In this document: positions 10,553 to 18,909 of the stretch, one piece after another | How the letters are laid out: every line of letters begins with the position of its first letter | Position numbering within the stretch: position 1 is the stretch's first letter | Source of the DNA: Nitrospinales bacterium | GTDB lineage: Bacteria > Nitrospinota_A > UBA7883 > JACRGQ01 | NCBI GenBank assembly: GCA_023248535.1 | Contig: JAHFEJ010000004.1 | Location: 3,012 to 67,011, forward strand | Direction of reading: 5' to 3' | Length of the DNA: 64,000 nt | Notes under the pieces: model-generated | Database searches by the model: none | What the model was told of the DNA's origin: nothing | The model's input: only the letters and a program-made list of their open reading frames with translations | Made by a program: the position numbers and the translations under genes

Positions 10553-10586
10553 GCCACACGCCGCCCCATCCCTTGCTCCTCCCTCC

Positions 10587-13037
10587 TCAGCCAAGATAAC
10601 GGGTGACGCGGGGAATGAAATCTTCCGGCACGATCGGCTTGGCGATGAAGTCGTTCGCGCCCAATTCAAACACCTTGCGCCGGATATCGATCAGTTCGCC
10701 GCTGACCCCGGTGGAAGAGGAAATGGCGCTGTTAACGATCACGGGAAGCGTTTGAAGTAATGGATTGGCCCGAATCTCCCGGAGCAGCTCAAATCCATCC
10801 ATTTCAGGCATGCCAAGATCGGTGATCAACAACATGACCGAAGTGGTTTTCAGTATCTCCAGGGCCTCCACCCCATTAGAGGCTTCAATGACTTCCACAT
10901 CCTTTATTTCCAGGATGTGCTTTCTCATGATGGCGCGCTGCACCTCTTGATCGTCCGCCACCAGAACCACCGGCCGGATCGGCGGGAACCGCATGGAAAA
11001 AACGGCGCCCCGTCCCTCAACCGAGGCGACCGTTAAATCACCGCCATGGGCTTCCATGATTTCCTTGCAATAGGGAAGCCCCAGCCCCGTTCCCTTTTCA
11101 CCGCCGGTTCCCGTGGTGGTCGTTTTCACCTCCGGCCTGAAAATATCGGGCAGAAGCGATGCCGGTATGCCAACGCCGCCGTCCTTCACGGTGATGGTGT
11201 GGGGATCGGAGGCCCCCACGGTTATGCTGTCGCCTTCACGGCAGAATTTCACGGCGTTTGAAACAAGGTTATTCAATACTTCCAAGATCAGCGCGGTGTC
11301 GGCGAAAACCTTCATGCCGGAGGGGACTTCGTTGATGAGCCGAATCCCTTTTTTCTCGGCGGCCGGAGAGTAATGCCCGAACGAAGAGGCCGCAATATCG
11401 CGTACCGTCACGGGCTTTTTAATCACCAAAATCTTTCCCGACTGCAAACGGCTTAAATCGAGCAATTGATCGATCATCTCCAACAGGCCGCCAAGGTTTC
11501 CGCGCGCCCTCGACAACAAATTCGTCTCCGCCGCCGCGTTCACATTATAATGTTCCTTATTTTCCAGCATTCCCAGGAGCGCCATCACATTCCCCAGCGG
11601 TCCGCGCAGGTCATGCGAGACGAGCGAGATAAACTTGTTTTTGATTTTGGTGGCGTCCTCGGCATGTTCTTTTTCGATCCGCAGCGCGGTCGTCCTTTGC
11701 TCCACTTTTATTTCCAGTTGTTCCTTGGCCTCCAGCAGTATCTGGTGCACCCGCATTTCGTTTTCCAGCGCGCGCGCCTGCGCCTCCTCCTTTTCCCGCC
11801 GGATGGCCGCCGTCTTATCCTTTATGGCTTCCGAAATGGCTATCGACATGAGAATCGCCTCGGCGCAAACACCAACATCCATTGCGTGGCTGGTAATTGC
11901 CGAAAACGGCACCACACCCAGATGAACCAGGCCGTACACCACGATCCCCGCGATGCTGGATGCCCAGGCAAGAAGGAAGAACCGCGCGGCGCGCAAACCG
12001 TTTTTCAACGCCATAACGCCGGCCGCCAATAGCAGCGGCGGATACACCAACGCGGTACAAACAATGATCATGTGGAGTTGGGTATAATTGGGCCATGTCA
12101 GCGACAAAATGGTCATAATGCCACACGCCCAGAGATAGCCAACCATAAGACGGTCGGCGCGGGGAGCTGTTACCCGCGAGTTGAGAAAGACGCGCGCAAA
12201 AACAATCCCGCTTGACTCGACATACATCACGGCAAAGAGTATCGAATGTTTGGACCACCACAGCCAATCCGGCCAGAAATAGGCGTGGGCGAATCCATTG
12301 AAAACCAGGTTCTCAAAAATCCAGCTGGAAAGATAAATGACATAGACGATACTGCTTTTTTCCTTCAGGGAAATAAACATGAACAGGTTGTAGCAAAACA
12401 CGGCGAACAACACACCGAAATTCAGGCCATACAACAGCCATTCGTTCCTCTGCCGCCTGTGGAAATTATTTTCGTTCCATAAGGTAAAGGGTGTCATAAA
12501 CGTAGTTTCCGTCTTGACGCGCAGGTAAAGCGTTGTTTCACCCGGACCGGCACGGAACGGAAAGACCAAGCCCTGGCTGACAATCCCCGTTTCTTCTGGA
12601 ACCTCCATCAAGCCCGCCCTCCGCTCCGTAAACCCCCCTTCCGGCCGGGGAACATAAAGCAATACATGGTCGAGGTGGGTAAAATCCGTTCCGAGAATTG
12701 CTTCGAAGGGAGAAGCGGAGGGATTATCGACCGCCACCTTGAACCAGATGGCTGATGCGGTGAAACCAAAATAGAGGTTATCCATTCTGCTGGGTGCAAA
12801 ACGGGACTGAAACGCGGGCGATGAAACATCGGCGATGGTCAACGCCCCGCCGGGGTCTTCAAAAATATCGACGTGGCGCCCTAACCTATAAAGAGCGGTC
12901 TTGCCATCCAGCACAACCGGTGACGCTTCTGACGTTGTTGCCGCCAAAGACGGAAAAGACTGAAAAGAAAAAAAGAGTGCGGCGATCCCCATAATGAGAA
13001 AATAAGTCCCGCCCCTTTTCCGATTTGCCAACACCAC
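10587..13037 (-). CDS. 7TM-DISM hybrid sensor histidine kinase/response regulator
   Basis: Signal peptide, DISMED2-like periplasmic domain, 7 TM (YNLF), SHDLRGPL H-box, NLVSNAVKF, GTGLGL, C-terminal receiver (LITDLGMP...KP). Confidence 0.92.
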   Translation of the reverse strand: MVLANRKRGGTYFLIMGIAALFFSFQSFPSLAATTSEASPVVLDGKTALYRLGRHVDIFEDPGGALTIADVSSPAFQSRFAPSRMDNLYFGFTASAIWFKVAVDNPSASPFEAILGTDFTHLDHVLLYVPRPEGGFTERRAGLMEVPEETGIVSQGLVFPFRAGPGETTLYLRVKTETTFMTPFTLWNENNFHRRQRNEWLLYGLNFGVLFAVFCYNLFMFISLKEKSSIVYVIYLSSWIFENLVFNGFAHAYFWPDWLWWSKHSILFAVMYVESSGIVFARVFLNSRVTAPRADRLMVGYLWACGIMTILSLTWPNYTQLHMIIVCTALVYPPLLLAAGVMALKNGLRAARFFLLAWASSIAGIVVYGLVHLGVVPFSAITSHAMDVGVCAEAILMSIAISEAIKDKTAAIRREKEEAQARALENEMRVHQILLEAKEQLEIKVEQRTTALRIEKEHAEDATKIKNKFISLVSHDLRGPLGNVMALLGMLENKEHYNVNAAAETNLLSRARGNLGGLLEMIDQLLDLSRLQSGKILVIKKPVTVRDIAASSFGHYSPAAEKKGIRLINEVPSGMKVFADTALILEVLNNLVSNAVKFCREGDSITVGASDPHTITVKDGGVGIPASLLPDIFRPEVKTTTTGTGGEKGTGLGLPYCKEIMEAHGGDLTVASVEGRGAVFSMRFPPIRPVVLVADDQEVQRAIMRKHILEIKDVEVIEASNGVEALEILKTTSVMLLITDLGMPEMDGFELLREIRANPLLQTLPVIVNSAISSSTGVSGELIDIRRKVFELGANDFIAKPIVPEDFIPRVTRYLG

Positions 13038-13345
13038 TCCCCTTTAACCCCTTTACGCACACCGCCACGCCACAATTACCCGACAGACCTGTATAAATCA
13101 AAAATCCAATAACTATTGCGCCGCGGTTGCCAAATATCATACCATTTTGACATTATTTTTGTTGAAGCAACAAGATGTAGTTATGACCCTCGGCACGGTA
13201 TACTTTTCCTTGATACAAAATACCCGAGCATTTTTATAAGATTTACATAGGTCATTAACATATTATTAATAGCCAACTGACGATCTAAAACTATAACTAT
13301 TTGTTTTTGTTATCTTATTACATGTGCACTTGCTAACATTAATAG

Positions 13346-13375
13346 TTGACAAATGCACTATGGTTTATATAAAAT
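13346..13375 (+). promoter_or_regulatory. Putative sigma70 promoter of the sulfur-assimilation operon
   Basis: TTGACA 13346-13351, 18-nt spacer, TAAAAT 13370-13375, inside a very AT-rich intergenic region. Confidence 0.6.
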
Positions 13376-13425
13376 AGTTGAAGTTTGATAAACTGACCTT
13401 ATGTTGATATAAGTTAAATTTATGG

Positions 13426-14466
13426 GTGGATATGGATACCAAAAAGAAAAAGCTGAAGATATCGGTCGATCACAACCTTGAAGAACGGACAATCAAGCGG
13501 ATTGAGGTGAATGCTGAAGTGTCCGGCAAAAAACCGGTTGGAAAAATCAATTTTGCCGAACTGCGCGCGGGCGGCTTCATCAAACAGCGCCAGAAGGACA
13601 AGTTCACGGTCCGCCTTAAGTGCCCCGGCGGCAACATGACCCTCGACCGGCTCAAGACCATCGTGGCGGCCACCGAAAAATTCGGCAGCGGCCAGCTGCA
13701 TCTCTCCACGCGCCAGTCGATGGAGATTCTGCATGTGGATTATCACAACTTCGGGCCGCTGGTGGATCTGCTGAAAGAAGCCGGCCAGGACGTTGCATCC
13801 TGCGGACCGCGCGTGCGGGTGCCGAATGCCTGCGGCGGTTGCGAATACAACCCGAACGGCATCACCGATACGCAAAAAATGGCCAACGTGGTGAATGAGA
13901 AGTTTTTCGGCATGCGGACGAACCACAAATTCAAGATGTCGTTCTCCGGTTGCCCGCACGACTGCATACACGCCGCCAGCGCCGACCTCGGCTTGATCGG
14001 CACCGTATGGCCGGTGTGGGAAGAAGCCAGTTGCACCGGGTGCACCATCTGCGCCTCGGCCTGCACCGAGGGGGCGATAGAATCGCACCCCGAAACCGGC
14101 AAGCCGATATTTGACGCGGAAAAGTGCCTTTACTGCGACGACTGCGTACGGGCCTGCCCCACCAGCTCGTGGACCGCGGGGAAAACCGGCCATAGCCTGC
14201 GGGTGGGCGGCCACCACGGGCGGCATCCGGTAAATAGCACCATCGCGGCCCGTTTCCTCACCGACGAAGAGGCGGAAGCCGCCATTGGCGCGTCCATTGC
14301 GTGGTACCAGAAAGCGGGCGAAGGCAAAGGCCGCATCCGGCTGGGCAACTTGCTGATGCAAGAGGGGCAAATGGAAAGCTATATGGCGGCGCTGGCCGAT
14401 GCGATCGGCCCGGAAAAGCTGGAGGAGAACATTGAGGCTCCCCAGAAGATAACCATCAGGAGATGA
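13426..14466 (+). CDS. Siroheme/4Fe-4S sulfite-reductase-like protein with ferredoxin domain (AsrC/Dsr-like)
   Basis: GFIKQRQ, STRQ..EI, GPRVR, CGGC, KFK..FSGCPHDC; two ferredoxin motifs CTGCTIC...C and CLYCDDC..AC. Confidence 0.85.
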   Translation: MDMDTKKKKLKISVDHNLEERTIKRIEVNAEVSGKKPVGKINFAELRAGGFIKQRQKDKFTVRLKCPGGNMTLDRLKTIVAATEKFGSGQLHLSTRQSMEILHVDYHNFGPLVDLLKEAGQDVASCGPRVRVPNACGGCEYNPNGITDTQKMANVVNEKFFGMRTNHKFKMSFSGCPHDCIHAASADLGLIGTVWPVWEEASCTGCTICASACTEGAIESHPETGKPIFDAEKCLYCDDCVRACPTSSWTAGKTGHSLRVGGHHGRHPVNSTIAARFLTDEEAEAAIGASIAWYQKAGEGKGRIRLGNLLMQEGQMESYMAALADAIGPEKLEENIEAPQKITIRR

Positions 14467-14711
14467 GCATGGCGGAAATAGCGGCGGACAAATTTATTGA
14501 TATCTCCAGCGAGGTGTGCCCGATGTCGTTCGTGCTGACCAAGCTGGCCCTGGATGAGCTGGAAGACGGGCAGGTGTTGGAACTTGTCTGTCAGGCCGGC
14601 GATCCGGTGCGCAACATCTCTATACAGTTGAAGGATGAAGGGCAGATGATCATCAGCGTAAAAAAGGAAACAGACGGGAATTTCCGCCTGAAAATAAGAA
14701 AAAACGGTTAA
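14463..14711 (+). CDS. TusA/SirA-family sulfurtransferase
   Basis: CPM.FV.TKLAL.EL..GQVLE motif. Confidence 0.9.
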   Translation: MSMAEIAADKFIDISSEVCPMSFVLTKLALDELEDGQVLELVCQAGDPVRNISIQLKDEGQMIISVKKETDGNFRLKIRKNG

Positions 14712-14738
14712 CTAAAAAGCAGGAAGGGATAAAGGACG

Positions 14739-15458
14739 ATGAGCAAAACAACTGAGAACCTCAAAGAGTTGGTCGAGAAGCTGCACTTCGGCGAAAAAGT
14801 TGCCCGCGCGGAGGAGCTGCTGCGCAGCTACTACGACCTGTATGGCGACAACGCAGTCATCGCGAACTCGCTGGGCAAGGACAGCATGGTGGTGTGGGAT
14901 ATGGCGCTGCGGGTGAACCCCAACGCCAAGGGCTTCATCGTCACCACCCCCTACAAGCCGAAGCAGACCAAAGACTACATGGAAATGCTGATGGCCAAAT
15001 ACCCCAAAAACCTGAAGCTGTACCAGGCCGAGGGAGACGGCAGCGAAGAGCTGTACAAAGAAACCCCCGATATCTGCTGCGACAAGTACAAGGTGGAACC
15101 GGTGCGCCGCGCCGTGGAAGATATGAATGTTAAATGCTGGATCACCGGCCTGCGCTGCACCGAAGGACGCACCCGCACCGACTTCCAGGAAGTGGAAGAG
15201 CGCGACAAGGGGTTGATAAAACTGAACCCGATACTGCTGTTCAAGGAGCGCGAAGTGTGGCAGTACCTGGCCGTGTACGGCGTGCCGTGCAACGAACTGT
15301 ACAGGCACGGGTTCCGCTCGCTCGGATGCGCCCCCTGCACCAGCATCACCGCCGATGACAACGAGAGGGCCGGCCGCTGGATCGGCACCTCGAAGTGCGG
15401 CGGCGAATGCGGCATCCACACGAGGCCTTTGAAAGGGGCCGTGGGCGCCGAAGCGTAA
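14739..15458 (+). CDS. cysH: APS/PAPS reductase (Fe-S type)
   Basis: S.GKDS, CC...KVEP, WITGLR, RSLGCAPCT, ERAGRW, ECGIH. Confidence 0.92.
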   Translation: MSKTTENLKELVEKLHFGEKVARAEELLRSYYDLYGDNAVIANSLGKDSMVVWDMALRVNPNAKGFIVTTPYKPKQTKDYMEMLMAKYPKNLKLYQAEGDGSEELYKETPDICCDKYKVEPVRRAVEDMNVKCWITGLRCTEGRTRTDFQEVEERDKGLIKLNPILLFKEREVWQYLAVYGVPCNELYRHGFRSLGCAPCTSITADDNERAGRWIGTSKCGGECGIHTRPLKGAVGAEA

Positions 15459-15471
15459 CTAAACGCCAACC

Positions 15472-15509
15472 GGGTTCCCCCGCCATGCGGCGGGGGACCT
15501 GATTTTTTT
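15472..15509 (+). terminator. Rho-independent terminator between cysH and the TauE gene
   Basis: GGTTCCCCCGCC-ATGC-GGCGGGGGACC hairpin followed by a T7 run. Confidence 0.7.
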
Positions 15510-15532
15510 AATTTTAATTGTATGGACAGCCA

Positions 15533-16288
15533 ATGGAAGCCGTTCTCGGGTTTGTAATAGCCTTCGCCATAGCCATTACCGGCGTGGGGGCCGGCACCAT
15601 CACCGCGCCCGTCCTGATGCTGTTCCTTGGCGTCGAGCCCGCCATCGCGGTCGGAACGGCGCTCGTCTTCTCCGTTATCGTAAAAATTCCCGCTGGCATT
15701 TCATACTACGCCAAGAAAAAGGTACATATCCCCACCCTGCTGCTGATGGCCGCGGGGGGCGTGCCGGGGGTGATCGTGGGCACTTTCCTGCTCGGCCATC
15801 TGGCCCAAAACAAGGAACTTAAAACGATCATCCTCACCATCGTCGGCGCGATCGTCCTTCTTTCCGCCATCATGAACATCACGCTGATGGTGAAACGGGT
15901 CGATCTTTCCAGCCATCACAAAAAGCTCAAGCCGCTTATACCGCTCTTCACCTTCTTCATCGGCTTTGAAGTGGGCTTCAGCTCCGCCGGGGCGGGCGCG
16001 CTTGGCACCCTCCTGCTGCTCTATACCACCAACCTTTTCGCCTGCACCGTTATCGGCACCGACATCCTTTTCGGCCTGATTCTTTCAGCCGTGGGCGGCG
16101 GAATGCACTTGGGCATGGGAAGCGTCGATCACCTGCTGACGCTGAAACTTGCCGCCGGGGGGATTTTTGGATCGCTGGCGGGCGTTCATTTTGCTTCCAT
16201 GATCCCCACAAGACCGCTGCGTTTTGCGTTGCTGGCGTGGCTTATCTTCATCGGCTCGCAACTCCTCTACCGCGGCATCACCGGGTAG
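15533..16288 (+). CDS. Sulfite exporter TauE/SafE family
   Basis: Two-repeat membrane protein with TGVGAG...P, AVGT.L, S.GAG.LG and GTD motifs. Confidence 0.9.
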   Translation: MEAVLGFVIAFAIAITGVGAGTITAPVLMLFLGVEPAIAVGTALVFSVIVKIPAGISYYAKKKVHIPTLLLMAAGGVPGVIVGTFLLGHLAQNKELKTIILTIVGAIVLLSAIMNITLMVKRVDLSSHHKKLKPLIPLFTFFIGFEVGFSSAGAGALGTLLLLYTTNLFACTVIGTDILFGLILSAVGGGMHLGMGSVDHLLTLKLAAGGIFGSLAGVHFASMIPTRPLRFALLAWLIFIGSQLLYRGITG

Positions 16289-16841
16289 CGGAGGGAAAGC
16301 GGGCGGCAAGTTCCGTCCGCACGGCGGCGGTTTTTTCGGTATCGGCAAGTTCCGTGTAACAGCGCTCCAGCATGGTGAGTGCGCTGTGATAGCGGCTCGG
16401 ATTGAGCAACGCCGTCCCCTTCCGCGAAAGCTGGCGCGCGCGTTCAAAATGCGGCGCGGCGGCGGCCCATTCCTTCGCCCAAGCGTGAAACATCCCCGCT
16501 TCAAAATGCGTCTTCGCGTTTTCCGGATCCAGCGCCAGCGCTTTCTCATACGCGCGTAACGCTTCATCATGCCGCCCGGCGGAACGGTAAAGGGCGGCGA
16601 CATCACTCCACGCCACGGGATTTTCACCGTCAAATACCAGCCATTTTTCCGATACCCGGATCGCATCGTTAAAACGTCCGGTTCCCGCATACCCGGCGGC
16701 ACGGGACTGGACAAACCGCATCAACGCCGGTTTCAGAGCAATCAGCAGCAGCGGCACTAGCAGCAGGGTGACGGCAAGCCGTACCCATAAACCGGGATCC
16801 TCCGCCTGAGCGTGATTGTGGCCGTGTTCGTTTCCGCTCAT
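16278..16841 (-). CDS. Membrane-anchored TPR protein
   Basis: N-terminal TM helix, TPR pattern (AYEKALALDPEN). Confidence 0.8.
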   Translation of the reverse strand: MSGNEHGHNHAQAEDPGLWVRLAVTLLLVPLLLIALKPALMRFVQSRAAGYAGTGRFNDAIRVSEKWLVFDGENPVAWSDVAALYRSAGRHDEALRAYEKALALDPENAKTHFEAGMFHAWAKEWAAAAPHFERARQLSRKGTALLNPSRYHSALTMLERCYTELADTEKTAAVRTELAARFPSATR

Positions 16842-17554
16842 GCGATCAGAATAAATGCGAGGCCCGCCACAACGAGCAGATTACCGGCCAAAAGCTTCAT
16901 GTACGCTTCCATCCGCCGGACATTTGCCTGTTCGCGGCGGAACATGCTGGCGGATAACGCGACGGCAATGAGCGGCACGCACTGCCCCGCCGCGTAACTG
17001 GCGAAAAGCAATGCCGACTGGAATACCGCGCCGTTGAGGAACGAAAGCCCGGCGATGCCTACCAGCGCCGCGCCGCAGCAGGGACACGAAGGAAGCTCCA
17101 ATACGGCGAAAACCACACCGAAACCGAAAGCCGACCTGGCGTTGTTTATCCGCGCGGTGATGGCATCGCAACGGTCCCGCAGCCATGAGGCGCGGGAAGG
17201 TATCAGGCCCGCGAACAGTGCGCCCGCGCCGATCAGCAGAACGCCCAATACCCAGTAAATCGGGCGGCTGGACTGCTCCATCCCCCGTGCCAACCCGCTT
17301 ATGCTGCTGAATGCGATCCCCAACAATGTGAAGCTGACGATGAGTCCCAGCGAAAAGGCCAACGTGTGGATCAATACCCTTTTTTGCGATTCGGGAGAGG
17401 CTGCCGAGTAACCGAACACCACCGGCAGCCGCAGAATAGTGCAAGAAGCGAGTGATGCTCCCGCGCCCGCGGCGAATGACAGCGGCACCAGTTGGAGCAA
17501 CGTCCCGCCCGTAAGCACATCCAGGGATAAAGAACCGTCACCGAACAGCGCCAT
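16838..17554 (-). CDS. ccdA: CcdA/DsbD-type cytochrome c biogenesis membrane protein
   Basis: Six TM segments; SLASC....P and PSCPCC cysteines; F.LGL...F..LG. Confidence 0.78.
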   Translation of the reverse strand: MALFGDGSLSLDVLTGGTLLQLVPLSFAAGAGASLASCTILRLPVVFGYSAASPESQKRVLIHTLAFSLGLIVSFTLLGIAFSSISGLARGMEQSSRPIYWVLGVLLIGAGALFAGLIPSRASWLRDRCDAITARINNARSAFGFGVVFAVLELPSCPCCGAALVGIAGLSFLNGAVFQSALLFASYAAGQCVPLIAVALSASMFRREQANVRRMEAYMKLLAGNLLVVAGLAFILIA

Positions 17555-17577
17555 ACATCACACTCCGCCGTAAGACA

Positions 17578-17826
17578 TTAAAGGTCTTGCACCGCAGCCC
17601 GCTTTTTAGTCTTTTCCAGTTTTTTAATGCGGGCTTCAGCCTTGTGGGCATCGCTTTTCGCAAGTGGCCGGCTTTTTATCAACAGCTTTACCGGCAACCG
17701 CCCACGGGTGTATTTCGCCCCTTTTCCGCTGTTATGGGTGGCGAACCGCTTGCTTACATCAGTGGTCACGCCGCAGTAGCGGGTGCCGTCGGCGCATTTC
17801 AGCAGATACACATACCAACCGGCCAT
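17578..17826 (-). CDS. GIY-YIG nuclease (UPF0213)
   Basis: WYVYLL.C.DG..Y.G.T.D...R...[14 protein letters not shown]; start trimmed to ATG 17826. Confidence 0.92.
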   Translation of the reverse strand: MAGWYVYLLKCADGTRYCGVTTDVSKRFATHNSGKGAKYTRGRLPVKLLIKSRPLAKSDAHKAEARIKKLEKTKKRAAVQDL

Positions 17827-17851
17827 GTAGCTCAGCCTAACACGGTGGCAG

Positions 17852-18883
17852 CTAGAAGCCCATTTCAATGGCCTGGAGCATCTTCTTGGCCTCCGTGAAA
17901 GCGGGGTTTTTCTCCAGCGCCCGCAAAAAGCATTTTTTCGCTTCCTCGATGTTCTTCGCCTCCAGGTAGGCGCGCCCCAGATTGAAAAGGATGTTTTCGT
18001 CATCCGGATCGACATCGATGGCCCGCCGGTAGAGGTTGATCGCCTCGGTGTAATTATGGCGGCGGCGATAGATGATACCAAGCGAGTTATAAATATTGAC
18101 CACCTGCGGGTTGATGCGGAGCACTTCCTTGAAGACTTCCTCGGCTTCGTCGTCCATGTTCCGTTCGAGGAAAATCTTGCCCGCTTTTTCGTAGCATTTT
18201 TCGGCCTCTTCCTGCTCGTTCAGCTTCATGTAGACTTGCCCCATCATCTTGTAGGCGCGGCCGTGGAAATTGTTTATCATCACCGCCTTGCGGAAGGCGA
18301 TGATCGCCTCGTCGTACTTCCCCTGCGCCGCCTTGATATAGCCGATGTTGTAATAAACATCGGCGTCTTCCCCCACCCCCAGTACCTCCTTGTAGATGGC
18401 GAGGGCGGCATCAAGTTTCCCGATGGCGACCATCTGTTTGGCTTTGGTGAAAAGGTCTTCGATCTTGGTGGTGGCGCTGTCCGGGGCGCTGGTAAGGACG
18501 GAGGCGATCTTCTGATCCAGTACGCCGGCTTTGAGCGGTTCCAGCATGATGGACGTAACGCCGAATTTTCCCGCCTCCACCACCATATCGCGGTTGATGG
18601 TGCTGCATACCAGGATGAATGGGATGTTGAACAATTCTTCATCGGCAGAGACCACTTTCAGCAAGGTCATGCCGCTCATCTGGGGCATATCCCACGCGGC
18701 GATAATGAAGTTGATCGGCCGCCGCTTCAGGATATGGAAAGCGGATGCCCCGTCGACGGCCTGATCGAAGTGGACGTAATCCGCCGATTTCAGCATCGCG
18801 ATAATGGTTTCCCGCTTCACGCGGTCGGCATCCGCTATGAGGAAATAAACCCTGTTTTTGTTCAGTATCTTTTCGGTGGTCAT
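17852..18883 (-). CDS. Receiver-like domain + TPR protein
   Basis: CheY-like N-terminus (W.MPQMSG..LL) followed by about 6 TPR repeats. Confidence 0.85.
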   Translation of the reverse strand: MTTEKILNKNRVYFLIADADRVKRETIIAMLKSADYVHFDQAVDGASAFHILKRRPINFIIAAWDMPQMSGMTLLKVVSADEELFNIPFILVCSTINRDMVVEAGKFGVTSIMLEPLKAGVLDQKIASVLTSAPDSATTKIEDLFTKAKQMVAIGKLDAALAIYKEVLGVGEDADVYYNIGYIKAAQGKYDEAIIAFRKAVMINNFHGRAYKMMGQVYMKLNEQEEAEKCYEKAGKIFLERNMDDEAEEVFKEVLRINPQVVNIYNSLGIIYRRRHNYTEAINLYRRAIDVDPDDENILFNLGRAYLEAKNIEEAKKCFLRALEKNPAFTEAKKMLQAIEMGF

Positions 18884-18909
18884 TACTGTTACAGATTACA
18901 CCGGATACG

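Noticed and set aside
17578-17826. GIY-YIG gene as mobiliser of family B repeats
   Set aside because: It is the ordinary UPF0213 type inside an operon with no flanking palindromes
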